In this document: one piece after another, positions 1-9,585 of the stretch
Position numbering within the stretch: position 1 is the stretch's first letter
Layout of the letters: each line of letters opens with the position of its first letter
DNA from: an uncultured bacterium
GTDB lineage: Bacteria > Poribacteria > WGA-4E > DTYX01 > CAZRLY01
Direction: 5' to 3'
Assembly: GCA_964601015.1 (NCBI GenBank)
Contig: CAZRLY010000004.1
Coordinates: forward strand, 1 to 53,014
DNA: 53,014 nt
Translations under genes and position numbers: made by a program
The notes under the pieces: generated by a model
The model's database searches: none
What the model was told of the DNA's origin: nothing
What the model saw: only the letters and a program-made list of their open reading frames with translations

Positions 1-108
1 CTGACGACTTTAAACGCCTTAAAAGCGGAACAGATTTATGGAACAAACCACTTAGAGGCTGTGTGAAAAGTTGGGTTGAGTAGGCTCGGAACGAAGTGAA
101 TAGTCGTA

Positions 109-651
109 TTGAGACCAAGCCGTATCGAAACCAAAAGGAAACCTGTCTCCCCCAAAATAGAGATGAAAGACAAAGCAATTATCATAATATTATCTCTTTG
201 TCTTGTAACATGCGGAGTTTTTTGGTATCAACTTCGTAACATAAAGGTAAGCAAGATGAGCGTCGATAAAAAAACAAACACTCCCAACAAGAGTAAAGTC
301 GAACAAATTCTCATCTCAGCGGATAACGTTATTTCCACGGTGCGTGTGGAAAACACTTCTTTTCAATTACCTTCCGGAACTAACCCTTTTAGGATACCTG
401 CGCGTAGAGTAAAAAAGACTCAGACAATACAAGCAAAGAGTGAGAGGGTAATATCTGCTGAACAGGTTATTGCCGGCATCAAATTGTCAGGAATAAGCTG
501 GAATAGCACATCCCCCCTTGCTGTAATTGACAGTAAGATTCTCAAGAACGGCGACATTATACCCGGCTCAAAAGTCAAAATTAAAGATATACAACCCACT
601 TCAGTAATCGTGACTTATCAGAACAAAGAATATACACTACAATTCAGATAG
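109..651 (+). CDS. PilP/GspC-HR-like secretin-associated membrane protein. ORF opens at TTG 109; ATG 163 is the more likely start.
   Basis: One N-terminal TM segment (AIIIILSLCLVTCGVFWY), an NPF motif, and a C-terminal beta-rich segment (IKLSGISWNSTSPLAVIDSKILKNGDIIPGSKVKIKDIQPTSVIV) of the kind seen in PilP/GspC. Sits directly upstream of the secretin. Confidence 0.5.
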   Translation: MRPSRIETKRKPVSPKIEMKDKAIIIILSLCLVTCGVFWYQLRNIKVSKMSVDKKTNTPNKSKVEQILISADNVISTVRVENTSFQLPSGTNPFRIPARRVKKTQTIQAKSERVISAEQVIAGIKLSGISWNSTSPLAVIDSKILKNGDIIPGSKVKIKDIQPTSVIVTYQNKEYTLQFR

Positions 652-695
652 CTAAAAGATTGGGAAATTAACTCTACCCAACTTTACCCAAGAAC

Positions 696-3600
696 ATGGA
701 AGGAAGAACTTATCCCCGCAGACTATATTTAGTCATCCTATGTCTCTGCCTATGGTTAGGAACATGGAGGTTGGATAACCAGAACTTTGTGTTTTGTCCG
801 CCCCTTTGCTGGGCTGAGACAACAGCATCCACTAACCTTACCAGCGACTCTTCGTCGGAGCAAAGCGGTAAATCTCAGGCGAATACACCTGCGAAGGAAA
901 ACAAATTGACCGCTATCACCGTCGATAAGATTTCCGACGAACAGGTTACTGTAAAATTGTCTACCCTCTTGTCGCCCAGATATGGTAGTATACTCATCCC
1001 ACCAGCAAAAGACAAGAATATATGGTATTTTGCAATAAACATCATCGAAGCCAAACTGGAAGTCCTCCCTTTAAGTAGTTCCGATTCCCCTCAAATATTC
1101 GAGAAACCACTTGCTCATTCACAGGACGAAGACAGAGGCTCGTCCCTACTAAAGAGGATAAGAGCCACTCAGTTCAAATACAATCCACCGATAGCCCGTG
1201 TCGTCTTTCATTTGACCGCGCCCCTCACACCGAATATTACCGTTATAGAAGATGGACTCCTCGTCGTTTTTCAAAAAGCGAAAGAAGGACAGTCGAAGCC
1301 TGCTATTCAAAAGGATTTACCACCGCCCGAAAATACTAAAAACATTAGCAAACTGACCGCTGTAAATGTCGATATTTCCGATGAGTACATTTCCATCGCA
1401 TTTGTCGTCGGACACAATCCGACGTACAAATCCGGATTGCTGCCCGACAAGGAAAAAAGCAGATTCTACTTTTACCTGAACCTTCAGAATACCCAGAGTT
1501 TCGTCGCCGGCGGGAAATTATTTAAGCAAGAGATAAAAGACAACAACCTGACGCGGGTTATGGTATCTCAGTACAAAAGGGAGCCGCCGATGACGCGGAT
1601 TGTCTTTTATCTTAACAAATTTGTCAAACCGCAGATATCGTTTCGTGCTCGTGAACAAACGAAATTTGTTTCCACCGCTAAAGCGGAATTGCGGCAAAAA
1701 CCTGGGAACGCGGATACGGACATAAGTTTGAAAACAACCCCAGCATTGATGGGCACAAAGCGAAAGATAGTATCCGAATTAGTCGTAAAATTCCCGCGCG
1801 CAGAAGGAAAAATGGCAGGAGGGCAAAAAGACGAAAGTGCAAAAGAGCAAGAGAGCAAAGGGACAACTACCCCTTCGCCCCCCGATTCATATCCTAAGCG
1901 AGCGGCCAGTAAACTGACAGAGATTAAAATAGATGACAAAACACTGAACCACATTACAATTCAACTGATACTAAATGGGATACCAGATTACAGGACGGTT
2001 TTGATGCCGGTTGACCGAACAAAAACCGTCGGTGCTGTCACTTCTTACTTTTACATCAATTTTCTTAATACTACCGTAGAAAGAGATAAAATATTTAAAA
2101 AGGACATCTCCGTAAAACCGCTGAAAAGCGTAAGAGCAGTACAATACAGGAAAAACCCTCCCGTAGCGCGGGTGATATTTGACATAAGTGATGCTATAAA
2201 ACCTGACATCGAAGAGAAGGGCTATCAATTAATTGTAAAATTCCCTAAAACAGAACGCGAAAGAGTACCCGTGAAGACGGTAGCGCAGACGAAAACGCAA
2301 GATACTCAACAAGATGCGAATACAGAAACGCTGCCTTTTTCACCATCGGATGGCGGCGGACAAAAACACCCACTTCCCGAACCCCCCGTAACAGTCGACG
2401 AAACGCCACCGCGCCCAGATGATATGAACGCCACAAGAAGTGGTGTTGGGGGCCAACGCCCCAACACAAATGCTCAGAAACCTGACTCAACTTCCGTTCA
2501 GAGCGAATCAGAAGAACAAAGCGATAGTGCCCGTAGCGAAGCAGAAACGCCAAGCAGCTTTTCACCGACGAAAAAACAATTAGCGACAATCACAAATATA
2601 ACTGCGGAAGTATTGCCAGAGGAAACCGCATTGAATATTGACATCGAAGGGGAAATCAAATTGCTCCAGGCGACGTATGTTGTACGCAACGAAGCAGAAG
2701 AACAAAGCGGTGGTTCTGAAAAGCTCGCTTCGCCCCTTAGAGAGACGGTATTCAGTCTCAAGCTCGAAAACACTATCACCAAAACGCTCCAGCAAATCAA
2801 TCTCAACGAAGGTGTCATTCGTAATGTTATCCTAAGTCCCTCAGAAGGCGACGAAAAAAATATGGAAGTTTTAGTCCGCCTATCAGAAAAAGTACCGCAT
2901 AGCGTAAACAGTACCGATGTTAGTTCCCAGTCCATAGTGCAGCAAAGGGACGAAGCGACTATTCGCCGACGGTTAGTGGTCAAATTTGAAAATCCACCTC
3001 TCGAACGACTGGTATCCTTGAAGTTCGACAAGGAAAATCTTAGCACGGTGATGCTGATATTATCGCAACAATACGGCGCAAACATCATCGCAGGAAGCGA
3101 CGTGACGGGGCAAGTTTCTATCCACGCTACCAAGGTGCCGTTAAAAGAAGCGTTGCTGCAGATTTTGCAAGCGGAAGGTTATACATACATTCAGGAACCT
3201 GGCGGTTTTCTAAGGGTTCTAAAAGATGAAGGGAATGAGAAAGCGGTAACAACCCAGGAGCCAAAATTGCGTAGAAGGGTGATAGAGCTAAAATATGCCC
3301 TCGCTACTGAGTTGGAAGAGAGCCTACAAAAAATTTTTTTAGGCGAAAAAAGCAACATCGTAGCGGAGAAACGTACTAATTCGCTCATTGTGACAGATAC
3401 AGAAGATTCTCTTGCCGAACTTGAGGAAATAATCGCTCAATTAGACAAAGAAGCCTCATCCGTTTCCACAGAGAGAACCCTTTCAGCTAAGGAGGGTAAT
3501 TCTGAAACACAAGATAAAGAAGCCAAACCTCCGCTGATAAAACGGATTTTGCGCCTGAGTTACATCTCCCCTGATGAAGCATCTGCGTATGTACAACCAC

Positions 3601-4520
3601 TGTTATCGGAAAATGGCTCACTGTTGATTATTGATGGCGGGCACACAGGTGCCGCCTCTACGGGCATCTCCGCCCGGGGTGGAGCGTCAACTACCGGTTC
3701 TTCGTTCCAGAACAGTGGGCAAAATGGAACTGATTCGCAATCCGGCAGCCTTGCCTTAGGCGGCACGATGATGGTAACGGACACTGAAGAACGCCTTGAA
3801 GCAGTACAAGAAATTATTGAGCAGATTGATGTCTCCATACCACAAGTTGAGATTCAAGCATACATAGTCGAAGGAACCATAACTGACCAAGATAACTTAG
3901 GCATTGACTGGCGTGTAATAGCTGACCAAGGCGGGAGTGAACTAAACGCAAGTTTGCCGTTTGGCGGAGATTTTCCCGCGTTAAATTTGCAAATTGGCAA
4001 TCTGTCAGTGGACGATTTCATCGGTGTTCTAAAGATTCTCTCCGCTCACACCGATACAAAAGTATTATCCAGTCCCAAGATAATGACGATTGGAAATAGG
4101 CCGGCTACCTTCACAAGCGGTGACCAAATTCCCTATACGGAACTCTCTATAACTCAGGACACTGATACAATCGCCACAACAAGTTTTAAAGATACAGGCA
4201 TCATCTTACACGTTACCGCAATGGTGAAGAGGGATAATCGGGTAAGTTTAACGGTAAACACCGAAGTTAGCGATGTCGCCGGCTTCACTCCCGCAGGACA
4301 ACCGCGCATCTCACAGCGCAAAGCCACAACGCAGGTTCTGGTCAAAGATGGCGATACGGCTGTCATAGGCGGACTTATAATGGAACGTGCAGATGAAACA
4401 GTATCCAAAGTGCCGATTTTGGGTGACATTCCACTGTTAGGCAGGTTGTTCCGAACGACAAATAAGAAAAACGTGAAGAGTGAAGTAACGATATTTATTA
4501 CGCCAAGGATTGTTAAATGA
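696..4520 (+). CDS. pilQ: PilQ/GspD-family outer-membrane secretin with multiple N-terminal AMIN-like modules
   Basis: Signal-like N-terminus. Three clear and one degenerate ~100-aa modules end in motifs RATQFKYNPPIARVVFHL, SQYKREPPMTRIVFYL and RAVQYRKNPPVARVIFDI. Two secretin-N (NolW-like) domains follow, then a C-terminal secretin core (VLSSPKIMTIGNRPATFTSGDQIPY, VPILGDIPLLGRLFR, EVTIFITPRIV). Confidence 0.85.
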   Translation: MEGRTYPRRLYLVILCLCLWLGTWRLDNQNFVFCPPLCWAETTASTNLTSDSSSEQSGKSQANTPAKENKLTAITVDKISDEQVTVKLSTLLSPRYGSILIPPAKDKNIWYFAINIIEAKLEVLPLSSSDSPQIFEKPLAHSQDEDRGSSLLKRIRATQFKYNPPIARVVFHLTAPLTPNITVIEDGLLVVFQKAKEGQSKPAIQKDLPPPENTKNISKLTAVNVDISDEYISIAFVVGHNPTYKSGLLPDKEKSRFYFYLNLQNTQSFVAGGKLFKQEIKDNNLTRVMVSQYKREPPMTRIVFYLNKFVKPQISFRAREQTKFVSTAKAELRQKPGNADTDISLKTTPALMGTKRKIVSELVVKFPRAEGKMAGGQKDESAKEQESKGTTTPSPPDSYPKRAASKLTEIKIDDKTLNHITIQLILNGIPDYRTVLMPVDRTKTVGAVTSYFYINFLNTTVERDKIFKKDISVKPLKSVRAVQYRKNPPVARVIFDISDAIKPDIEEKGYQLIVKFPKTERERVPVKTVAQTKTQDTQQDANTETLPFSPSDGGGQKHPLPEPPVTVDETPPRPDDMNATRSGVGGQRPNTNAQKPDSTSVQSESEEQSDSARSEAETPSSFSPTKKQLATITNITAEVLPEETALNIDIEGEIKLLQATYVVRNEAEEQSGGSEKLASPLRETVFSLKLENTITKTLQQINLNEGVIRNVILSPSEGDEKNMEVLVRLSEKVPHSVNSTDVSSQSIVQQRDEATIRRRLVVKFENPPLERLVSLKFDKENLSTVMLILSQQYGANIIAGSDVTGQVSIHATKVPLKEALLQILQAEGYTYIQEPGGFLRVLKDEGNEKAVTTQEPKLRRRVIELKYALATELEESLQKIFLGEKSNIVAEKRTNSLIVTDTEDSLAELEEIIAQLDKEASSVSTERTLSAKEGNSETQDKEAKPPLIKRILRLSYISPDEASAYVQPLLSENGSLLIIDGGHTGAASTGISARGGASTTGSSFQNSGQNGTDSQSGSLALGGTMMVTDTEERLEAVQEIIEQIDVSIPQVEIQAYIVEGTITDQDNLGIDWRVIADQGGSELNASLPFGGDFPALNLQIGNLSVDDFIGVLKILSAHTDTKVLSSPKIMTIGNRPATFTSGDQIPYTELSITQDTDTIATTSFKDTGIILHVTAMVKRDNRVSLTVNTEVSDVAGFTPAGQPRISQRKATTQVLVKDGDTAVIGGLIMERADETVSKVPILGDIPLLGRLFRTTNKKNVKSEVTIFITPRIVK

Positions 4521-7378
4521 ATTACGAATTACGAATTACGAACTACAAATTAAAAGAAATCGCAAAGAACCCCACGCACTCTGCTCCACGCTTTCCGCTC
4601 CACGCTTTTCGCTCTACGCTTTACGTCCTTTTGGCTTTCTGGCTTTCTATCTCGCCAGTATACGCCGCGCAAATTTTACACGTTGATGTCACCCACAACC
4701 CCGATGCTGTTCCATTGAACATCGGCGATGTGCTTCACTTCAAAGTGGAAACAGACGGAACAGGCGAAGTGACAGTGGATATTGGGACGGTACGTCAAGG
4801 GATAAAACTGCGAGATGACGGCACAAACGGGGATGCCGTTCGCAGCGATAACAGCTATGAACTAAACTATAACATTCTTGCCGGCGATACAATTGAAGAT
4901 GGCCCCATCATCGCGTATTTCACATCGGCAGACGGCAGTAAAACAACAAGCGACAGAGATTTAACTCCCCTTCTTACCATTGACGCGACGCGGCCAATAA
5001 TCACAAACGATGGAGTACGTCCCAATCCGTTCAACCCTAACAAGCAGATGGCTTATATATACTATACATTGACTGAAAAGTGCAATGTGGCAATAGACAT
5101 CTCATTTAAGGATGGTAAACTGATACGAACGCTGGCAAATCCACCATCAGACTATGGCGAGAATCAAGCAGCGTGGAATGGGACAGATGAGACGGGAAGG
5201 ATATTGCAAGATGCTCAGTATACATATTTGATAAGCGCCGCTGACCAAGCGGGAAATGAGGCTGAACCAACCAGCGGGGGCGTTATTCTGAGTACGGCAG
5301 AGATGAATATCAACAACTCTGTAGTAGCACCCAACTCATTTTCACCCAACGGTGATAACGTCAACGACGTAACGCGTATAAGTTTTGACCTTTTTCTGTT
5401 TGCTAACAGGGAACAATTATTGGCTCTGGGACTGGGAAACGAAAATACATTGACTGTGACGGATTTAGACGATGATATTCCAACTCCTTATGCACTGGTA
5501 GGTATAACAGTTTTGGATGCGACTGGAAACGTAGTTCACATAATCAACTGCGATTTAAATAAGGATAGCGATACGGACTTTGCCCCAAACGGTTGGCCGG
5601 ATGGACGAAGTCCTGTTGATATCCCCTTAGGTTCCGGCAACGTTCTCGGCGAGCCTGGCGGGTTGCCGGATTACGGCGACGAGGACAAAACCAACGATTG
5701 GGATACGCTGATACCGCTAAATGAGGATTTAGGCACGGATACATACAGAGCCGGCTTTAGTTTCGTATGGGATGCCAAAGACGTGCCAGACGGCACCTAT
5801 CTCATAAACATTATCTGCGAATTGGTCAGCCGAGCGTGGCTTTTTACGGGTGACAAACTCGAAGGCGAAAGAATCATCGGTCAAAGGTGGCACGCTATAC
5901 CCACCTATCATTATGGGATAACTGCTCCTCCTATCACAAAAACCGTCACAATCGACAGAGGCGATGTGATTGGTGTAGACGACGACGCACCCATTGCAGC
6001 ATCAACTGAACCAAGCAACGGTACAATAATTGACCCATCTGAAAAGCAGATTACAGAAATTTCCGCAGTGTTAGATGATGGCGCAGGTGGGAGTGGAGCG
6101 GACTTGAGCGCCTCGACGATAACCCTGATAAATCCGGTGGGCAACAGACAGAAAGGAATTCAAAAACCTTTCGACATGAACACCATAAAATTGGTACTGG
6201 ACGAACCCCTACACGCAAGCGGCGAATATACAATCAGCATCATAACAGTGGACAAACTTGGGAATAAAAGCCAGCCTATTGAATTCAAATTTACCATCAA
6301 AGATACCAGCCCTCCCACGGTAGTGCCGAATACGATTGCACCAGCACCGAACACACCTGATAACCCTCATACGAAGTCTATTTCTGAGATTAGCGTTGTG
6401 CTAACTGACGGGTTGACCGGTTCCGGCGTGGATTTGAGCTCATCCGCGTTGCTGCTAAAAGACTCAGCAAACACAACGATAGGGGGGAAAGTATCCTCCG
6501 ACGACAAAAGCACACAAATAACGTATACCTTAACAAAACCGCTGAAAACCAACGGCACTTATACCATAGTCGTTATTGCCGCCGATAAGGCAGGCGCGCA
6601 AGCTATTTACAACTACGAATTTACGTTAAATTTAGAAGAAAACATAGCAATCAGTTTCAATGGACAGGACTATGCGATTATCTACGCAGACACTTCTATA
6701 CTTTCACCGCCAGGGCTTGCCCAAACGCATATCACAGTCGAAGTTGTAGAGGTGAATCCGCCGGCCGGTTCACCTCCGCAACCGGCGATTCCTGCGGAAT
6801 TAAATCAATTGGGCAAAGCGATTCGATTTCAGCCGAGAAACGTATCCTTTTCCAAACCGATAGAAATTATAATGCCCTACGACGCAAAGGCATTACCATC
6901 TTCCGTTGATGTTGAATCGCTAAAGTTGTACGGTTACAACAATCAGGCGAAAAATGACGGCGCTTTAACAGAAGCCACCGGTTGGCAGCAGATTGCAAAT
7001 GTTAATGTCCAAACAGAGGAGAACCACCTGAATGCAAAAGTCACACAACTCGACGAATACTATGTTGTCGCCTATCTGCGTACGGCCGAAGACGTCCTTG
7101 CTCAAGAGGTCAAATTATCAAGCAACCATTTTTACCCACTACGCGATGAATCTCTCACAATAACATTTCCCAATACCGCCAGTGAATATCGCGCAGAAAT
7201 CTACAACATTGCCGCGGAACTAATTCGCACGCTTACTTCGCCAAATAATTCAGTCACCTGGGACGGCAGAAACGAAGACAACATGGTAGTTAATCACGGT
7301 ATCTACATCTTACGAATCCGATATACGGAAAATGGACGGGTATATCTGCAACACAAATTAGCAGCAGTAATAAAATGA
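4517..7378 (+). CDS. Secreted Ig-repeat surface protein with FlgD-Ig / T9SS type-A-sorting-like C-terminal domain
   Basis: ATGA overlap with the secretin stop. Signal peptide (LLAFWLSISPVYA/AQ). NPFNPN and FSPNGDNVNDV FlgD-Ig-like motifs. Two ~100-aa modules of the same type as the giant ORF (ITEISAVLDDGAGGSGADLSASTITL...GEYTISIITVDKLGN...DTSPPTV). The C-terminal ~85 aa (LTITFPN...AEIYNIAAELIRTL...VTWDGRNEDN..VNHGIYILRI...KLAAVIK) resemble a Por_Secre_tail. Confidence 0.8.
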   Translation: MNYELRITNYKLKEIAKNPTHSAPRFPLHAFRSTLYVLLAFWLSISPVYAAQILHVDVTHNPDAVPLNIGDVLHFKVETDGTGEVTVDIGTVRQGIKLRDDGTNGDAVRSDNSYELNYNILAGDTIEDGPIIAYFTSADGSKTTSDRDLTPLLTIDATRPIITNDGVRPNPFNPNKQMAYIYYTLTEKCNVAIDISFKDGKLIRTLANPPSDYGENQAAWNGTDETGRILQDAQYTYLISAADQAGNEAEPTSGGVILSTAEMNINNSVVAPNSFSPNGDNVNDVTRISFDLFLFANREQLLALGLGNENTLTVTDLDDDIPTPYALVGITVLDATGNVVHIINCDLNKDSDTDFAPNGWPDGRSPVDIPLGSGNVLGEPGGLPDYGDEDKTNDWDTLIPLNEDLGTDTYRAGFSFVWDAKDVPDGTYLINIICELVSRAWLFTGDKLEGERIIGQRWHAIPTYHYGITAPPITKTVTIDRGDVIGVDDDAPIAASTEPSNGTIIDPSEKQITEISAVLDDGAGGSGADLSASTITLINPVGNRQKGIQKPFDMNTIKLVLDEPLHASGEYTISIITVDKLGNKSQPIEFKFTIKDTSPPTVVPNTIAPAPNTPDNPHTKSISEISVVLTDGLTGSGVDLSSSALLLKDSANTTIGGKVSSDDKSTQITYTLTKPLKTNGTYTIVVIAADKAGAQAIYNYEFTLNLEENIAISFNGQDYAIIYADTSILSPPGLAQTHITVEVVEVNPPAGSPPQPAIPAELNQLGKAIRFQPRNVSFSKPIEIIMPYDAKALPSSVDVESLKLYGYNNQAKNDGALTEATGWQQIANVNVQTEENHLNAKVTQLDEYYVVAYLRTAEDVLAQEVKLSSNHFYPLRDESLTITFPNTASEYRAEIYNIAAELIRTLTSPNNSVTWDGRNEDNMVVNHGIYILRIRYTENGRVYLQHKLAAVIK

Positions 7379-8334
7379 ATATTATCTTTATGAAAAGCTT
7401 GCTCCTTATTCTACTTATCACTTTCATATCAACATCGCTTTGTTATTCCGCAGATTTTGACAGCCATTCCTCAACATTCAGAGGCTCGTTTACTTTCTCC
7501 GGCTTCGCCGCAGGGGTAGGTACGCGCGCTATGGGCATGAACGGGGCGTTTGTGGCCGTATCCGATGATTCCACCGCTCCGTTTTGGAATACATCAGGAC
7601 TTGCCGTCATCGGCTACAAAGAGTTATCTACGATGTATACGGATTTGTACGGATTAGGGCTGATAAGGACAAACGCAGTGGGTATCTCATTTCCCGATAT
7701 AGGTAGTGGTGCCACCGCTGTAAATTGGATACAATTGCGATACGATTTGGAATCATGGCGCGAACAAGCGTTTATCGGTAGTTACGCCAAGAGGATGACC
7801 AGTTTTTCCGCTTTCGGACTAAATGTAAAACACTTCAGGCAATCATCGAACATTGTCACCACAGAGGGTAACACTACCAACGCCAGAGGTTGGGGGCTTG
7901 ATGCAGGGCTTATCGTCAGATTGGGAAAACGCGGGCGATTTGGAATAACCGTACAGGATGCGTACAGCATCATCAATCTTTCATCAGGAGAAAAAGACAG
8001 GATGCCCATAAATTATCGCTCCGGGTTTGCCTACTATCCCCTTTCACGATTGGTAGGTGCAGTTGACGTAATAGGCGAAGAACACATCCCAATAAAATCC
8101 GTTCACGTCGGAGGGGAATACTGGATAGCAAAAAACGATTTAGTTCCGCCGATAAACGAGAAGAACCTCGCCATTCGCGGCGGCGTAGCCAAAGAATTTA
8201 TCGGCAAACAACGAATGACTTATGCCGGTGGCATAAGCATACGCGTCAGTTCATGGCAATTCGACTACGCTTACCTTGCCGATAACGATGGATTAGGAGA
8301 TACACATAGATTTTCGACCTCAGTGAGATTTTAA
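7375..8334 (+). CDS. PorV/PorQ-family-like outer-membrane beta-barrel protein
   Basis: ATGA overlap with the upstream stop. Signal peptide (LLILLITFISTSLCYSA). Signature GTRAMGMNGAFVAVSDDSTAPFWNTSGLA resembles the PorV/PorQ (UPF0164-like) N-terminal motif. Alternating beta-strand pattern and a C-terminal aromatic residue (SVRF). Confidence 0.6.
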   Translation: MNIIFMKSLLLILLITFISTSLCYSADFDSHSSTFRGSFTFSGFAAGVGTRAMGMNGAFVAVSDDSTAPFWNTSGLAVIGYKELSTMYTDLYGLGLIRTNAVGISFPDIGSGATAVNWIQLRYDLESWREQAFIGSYAKRMTSFSAFGLNVKHFRQSSNIVTTEGNTTNARGWGLDAGLIVRLGKRGRFGITVQDAYSIINLSSGEKDRMPINYRSGFAYYPLSRLVGAVDVIGEEHIPIKSVHVGGEYWIAKNDLVPPINEKNLAIRGGVAKEFIGKQRMTYAGGISIRVSSWQFDYAYLADNDGLGDTHRFSTSVRF

Positions 8335-8341
8335 GTTAATT

Positions 8342-8430
8342 GGCGGGTAGGGGGAAAACTAACATGACAAACGACAGTGAATAGTGAAGAAAAATGCTCT
8401 GCACCATTGGTTTTCTCCCCCATACCCGCC
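8342..8430. repeat. Long imperfect hairpin (G-arm GGCGGGTAGGGGGAAAAC / C-arm GTTTTCTCCCCCATACCCGCC), followed by a T6 run at 8441-8446
   Basis: The arms at 8342-8359 and 8410-8430 are reverse complements apart from two 1-nt bulges. The loop is about 50 nt. Lies between the PorV-like gene and gspF. Confidence 0.75.
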
Positions 8431-8475
8431 CTACGATGATTTTTTCAGCAGATACTAATTTAAGGAAGTTTCATC

Positions 8476-9552
8476 ATGAAGAATTCGACTCGCCCCTTTA
8501 GGCGTAAAAAAAAGATAACCACAAACGACATCATATTCTTCAACCGTCAATTAGCGTCAATGATTAAGATGGAGATGCCGGTGGTAGACAGTTTAGCGGC
8601 AATAGCTAAGGAAACACAGAATAAAGAGTTTAAAACTACTATAGAGATGGTAAAAAGCGATATAGAAATGGGCAGCACCATTTCTGAAGCGTTTGCCAAA
8701 TTTCCCAACGTTTTCCCTGAGTTATATGTAAGCATGATAAGGGCGGGAGAAGAGAGCGGTGATTTGCCTACGATATTAGACGAATTATCCAAATACTCAG
8801 AATCAATGGCGATGTTGGAAAGGAATGTCAAGACAGCCTTGATTTATCCAGCTATGATAATGGGGATTACCTGCATAATGTTAATTTTGTTGATAATTAT
8901 TGTAATTCCCATGTTTGCTAAACTCTATGCGGAAGCGGGTGCCAGTCTCCCCGCTTTGACGCTGATAGTATTGGATATAAGTGCATCATCAAAGCGTTAT
9001 TTCCCGATTATCGTCGCGCTTATTGTTTGTATGATATTACTCTGGCGGCTTCTTTGTCGCAACGAAAAAATACGCGCCGCAGTGGACAACTTCAAACTTT
9101 CCATACCCATCTATGGAAAATTGTTAAGGTATGCGGCATTATGGCGTTTTTCGCGTACGCTGGGAGCGCTGCTCAACGCCGGAGTGCCAATGCTTAACTC
9201 GCTATCTTTGGTAAGCGCAACCAGCGGCAACAAACGCATATCTCAGGCGGTTGATAGGATAAAACAACAGGTAAACAAGGGTGAAGATTTTGGCAAGGAG
9301 TGCGAAGCAACGGGCGTTTTTCCTACTACGATGACGTATATGATTGCGATGGGTACTGCTACGGGCAAGCTAAATGAAGCGCTCATAGGGCTGGCGGATT
9401 TTTTTGACCTACAGGTAAATACAACCTGTAGACGTATCTCGGTGGCGATTGAACCGGTGCTGTCGGTAATTGTAGGCATTTTCATCGGGTTTATTATTCT
9501 CAGCCTGTATCTCCCCATATTCAGTTTAGCAGTAAAAATAGGGGGAGGATAA
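8476..9552 (+). CDS. gspF: Type II secretion / type IV pilus platform protein (GspF/PilC family)
   Basis: AAGGAAG Shine-Dalgarno 8 nt upstream. Two T2SSF-type halves (FNRQLASMIKMEMPVVDSL...ELYVSMIRAGEESGDL and FSRTLGALLNAGVPMLNSL). Three predicted TM segments. Confidence 0.85.
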   Translation: MKNSTRPFRRKKKITTNDIIFFNRQLASMIKMEMPVVDSLAAIAKETQNKEFKTTIEMVKSDIEMGSTISEAFAKFPNVFPELYVSMIRAGEESGDLPTILDELSKYSESMAMLERNVKTALIYPAMIMGITCIMLILLIIIVIPMFAKLYAEAGASLPALTLIVLDISASSKRYFPIIVALIVCMILLWRLLCRNEKIRAAVDNFKLSIPIYGKLLRYAALWRFSRTLGALLNAGVPMLNSLSLVSATSGNKRISQAVDRIKQQVNKGEDFGKECEATGVFPTTMTYMIAMGTATGKLNEALIGLADFFDLQVNTTCRRISVAIEPVLSVIVGIFIGFIILSLYLPIFSLAVKIGGG

Positions 9553-9585
9553 GACAAATTGCCCCTTTCAGAAGGGGAGGAAAGT

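Noticed and set aside
1-66. An open frame from the window edge to TGA 64-66 (LTTLNALKAEQIYGTNHLEAV), possibly the 3' end of an upstream pilM/N/O-type gene
   Set aside because: It is only 21 codons with no recognisable motif, so it cannot be supported from this window alone.
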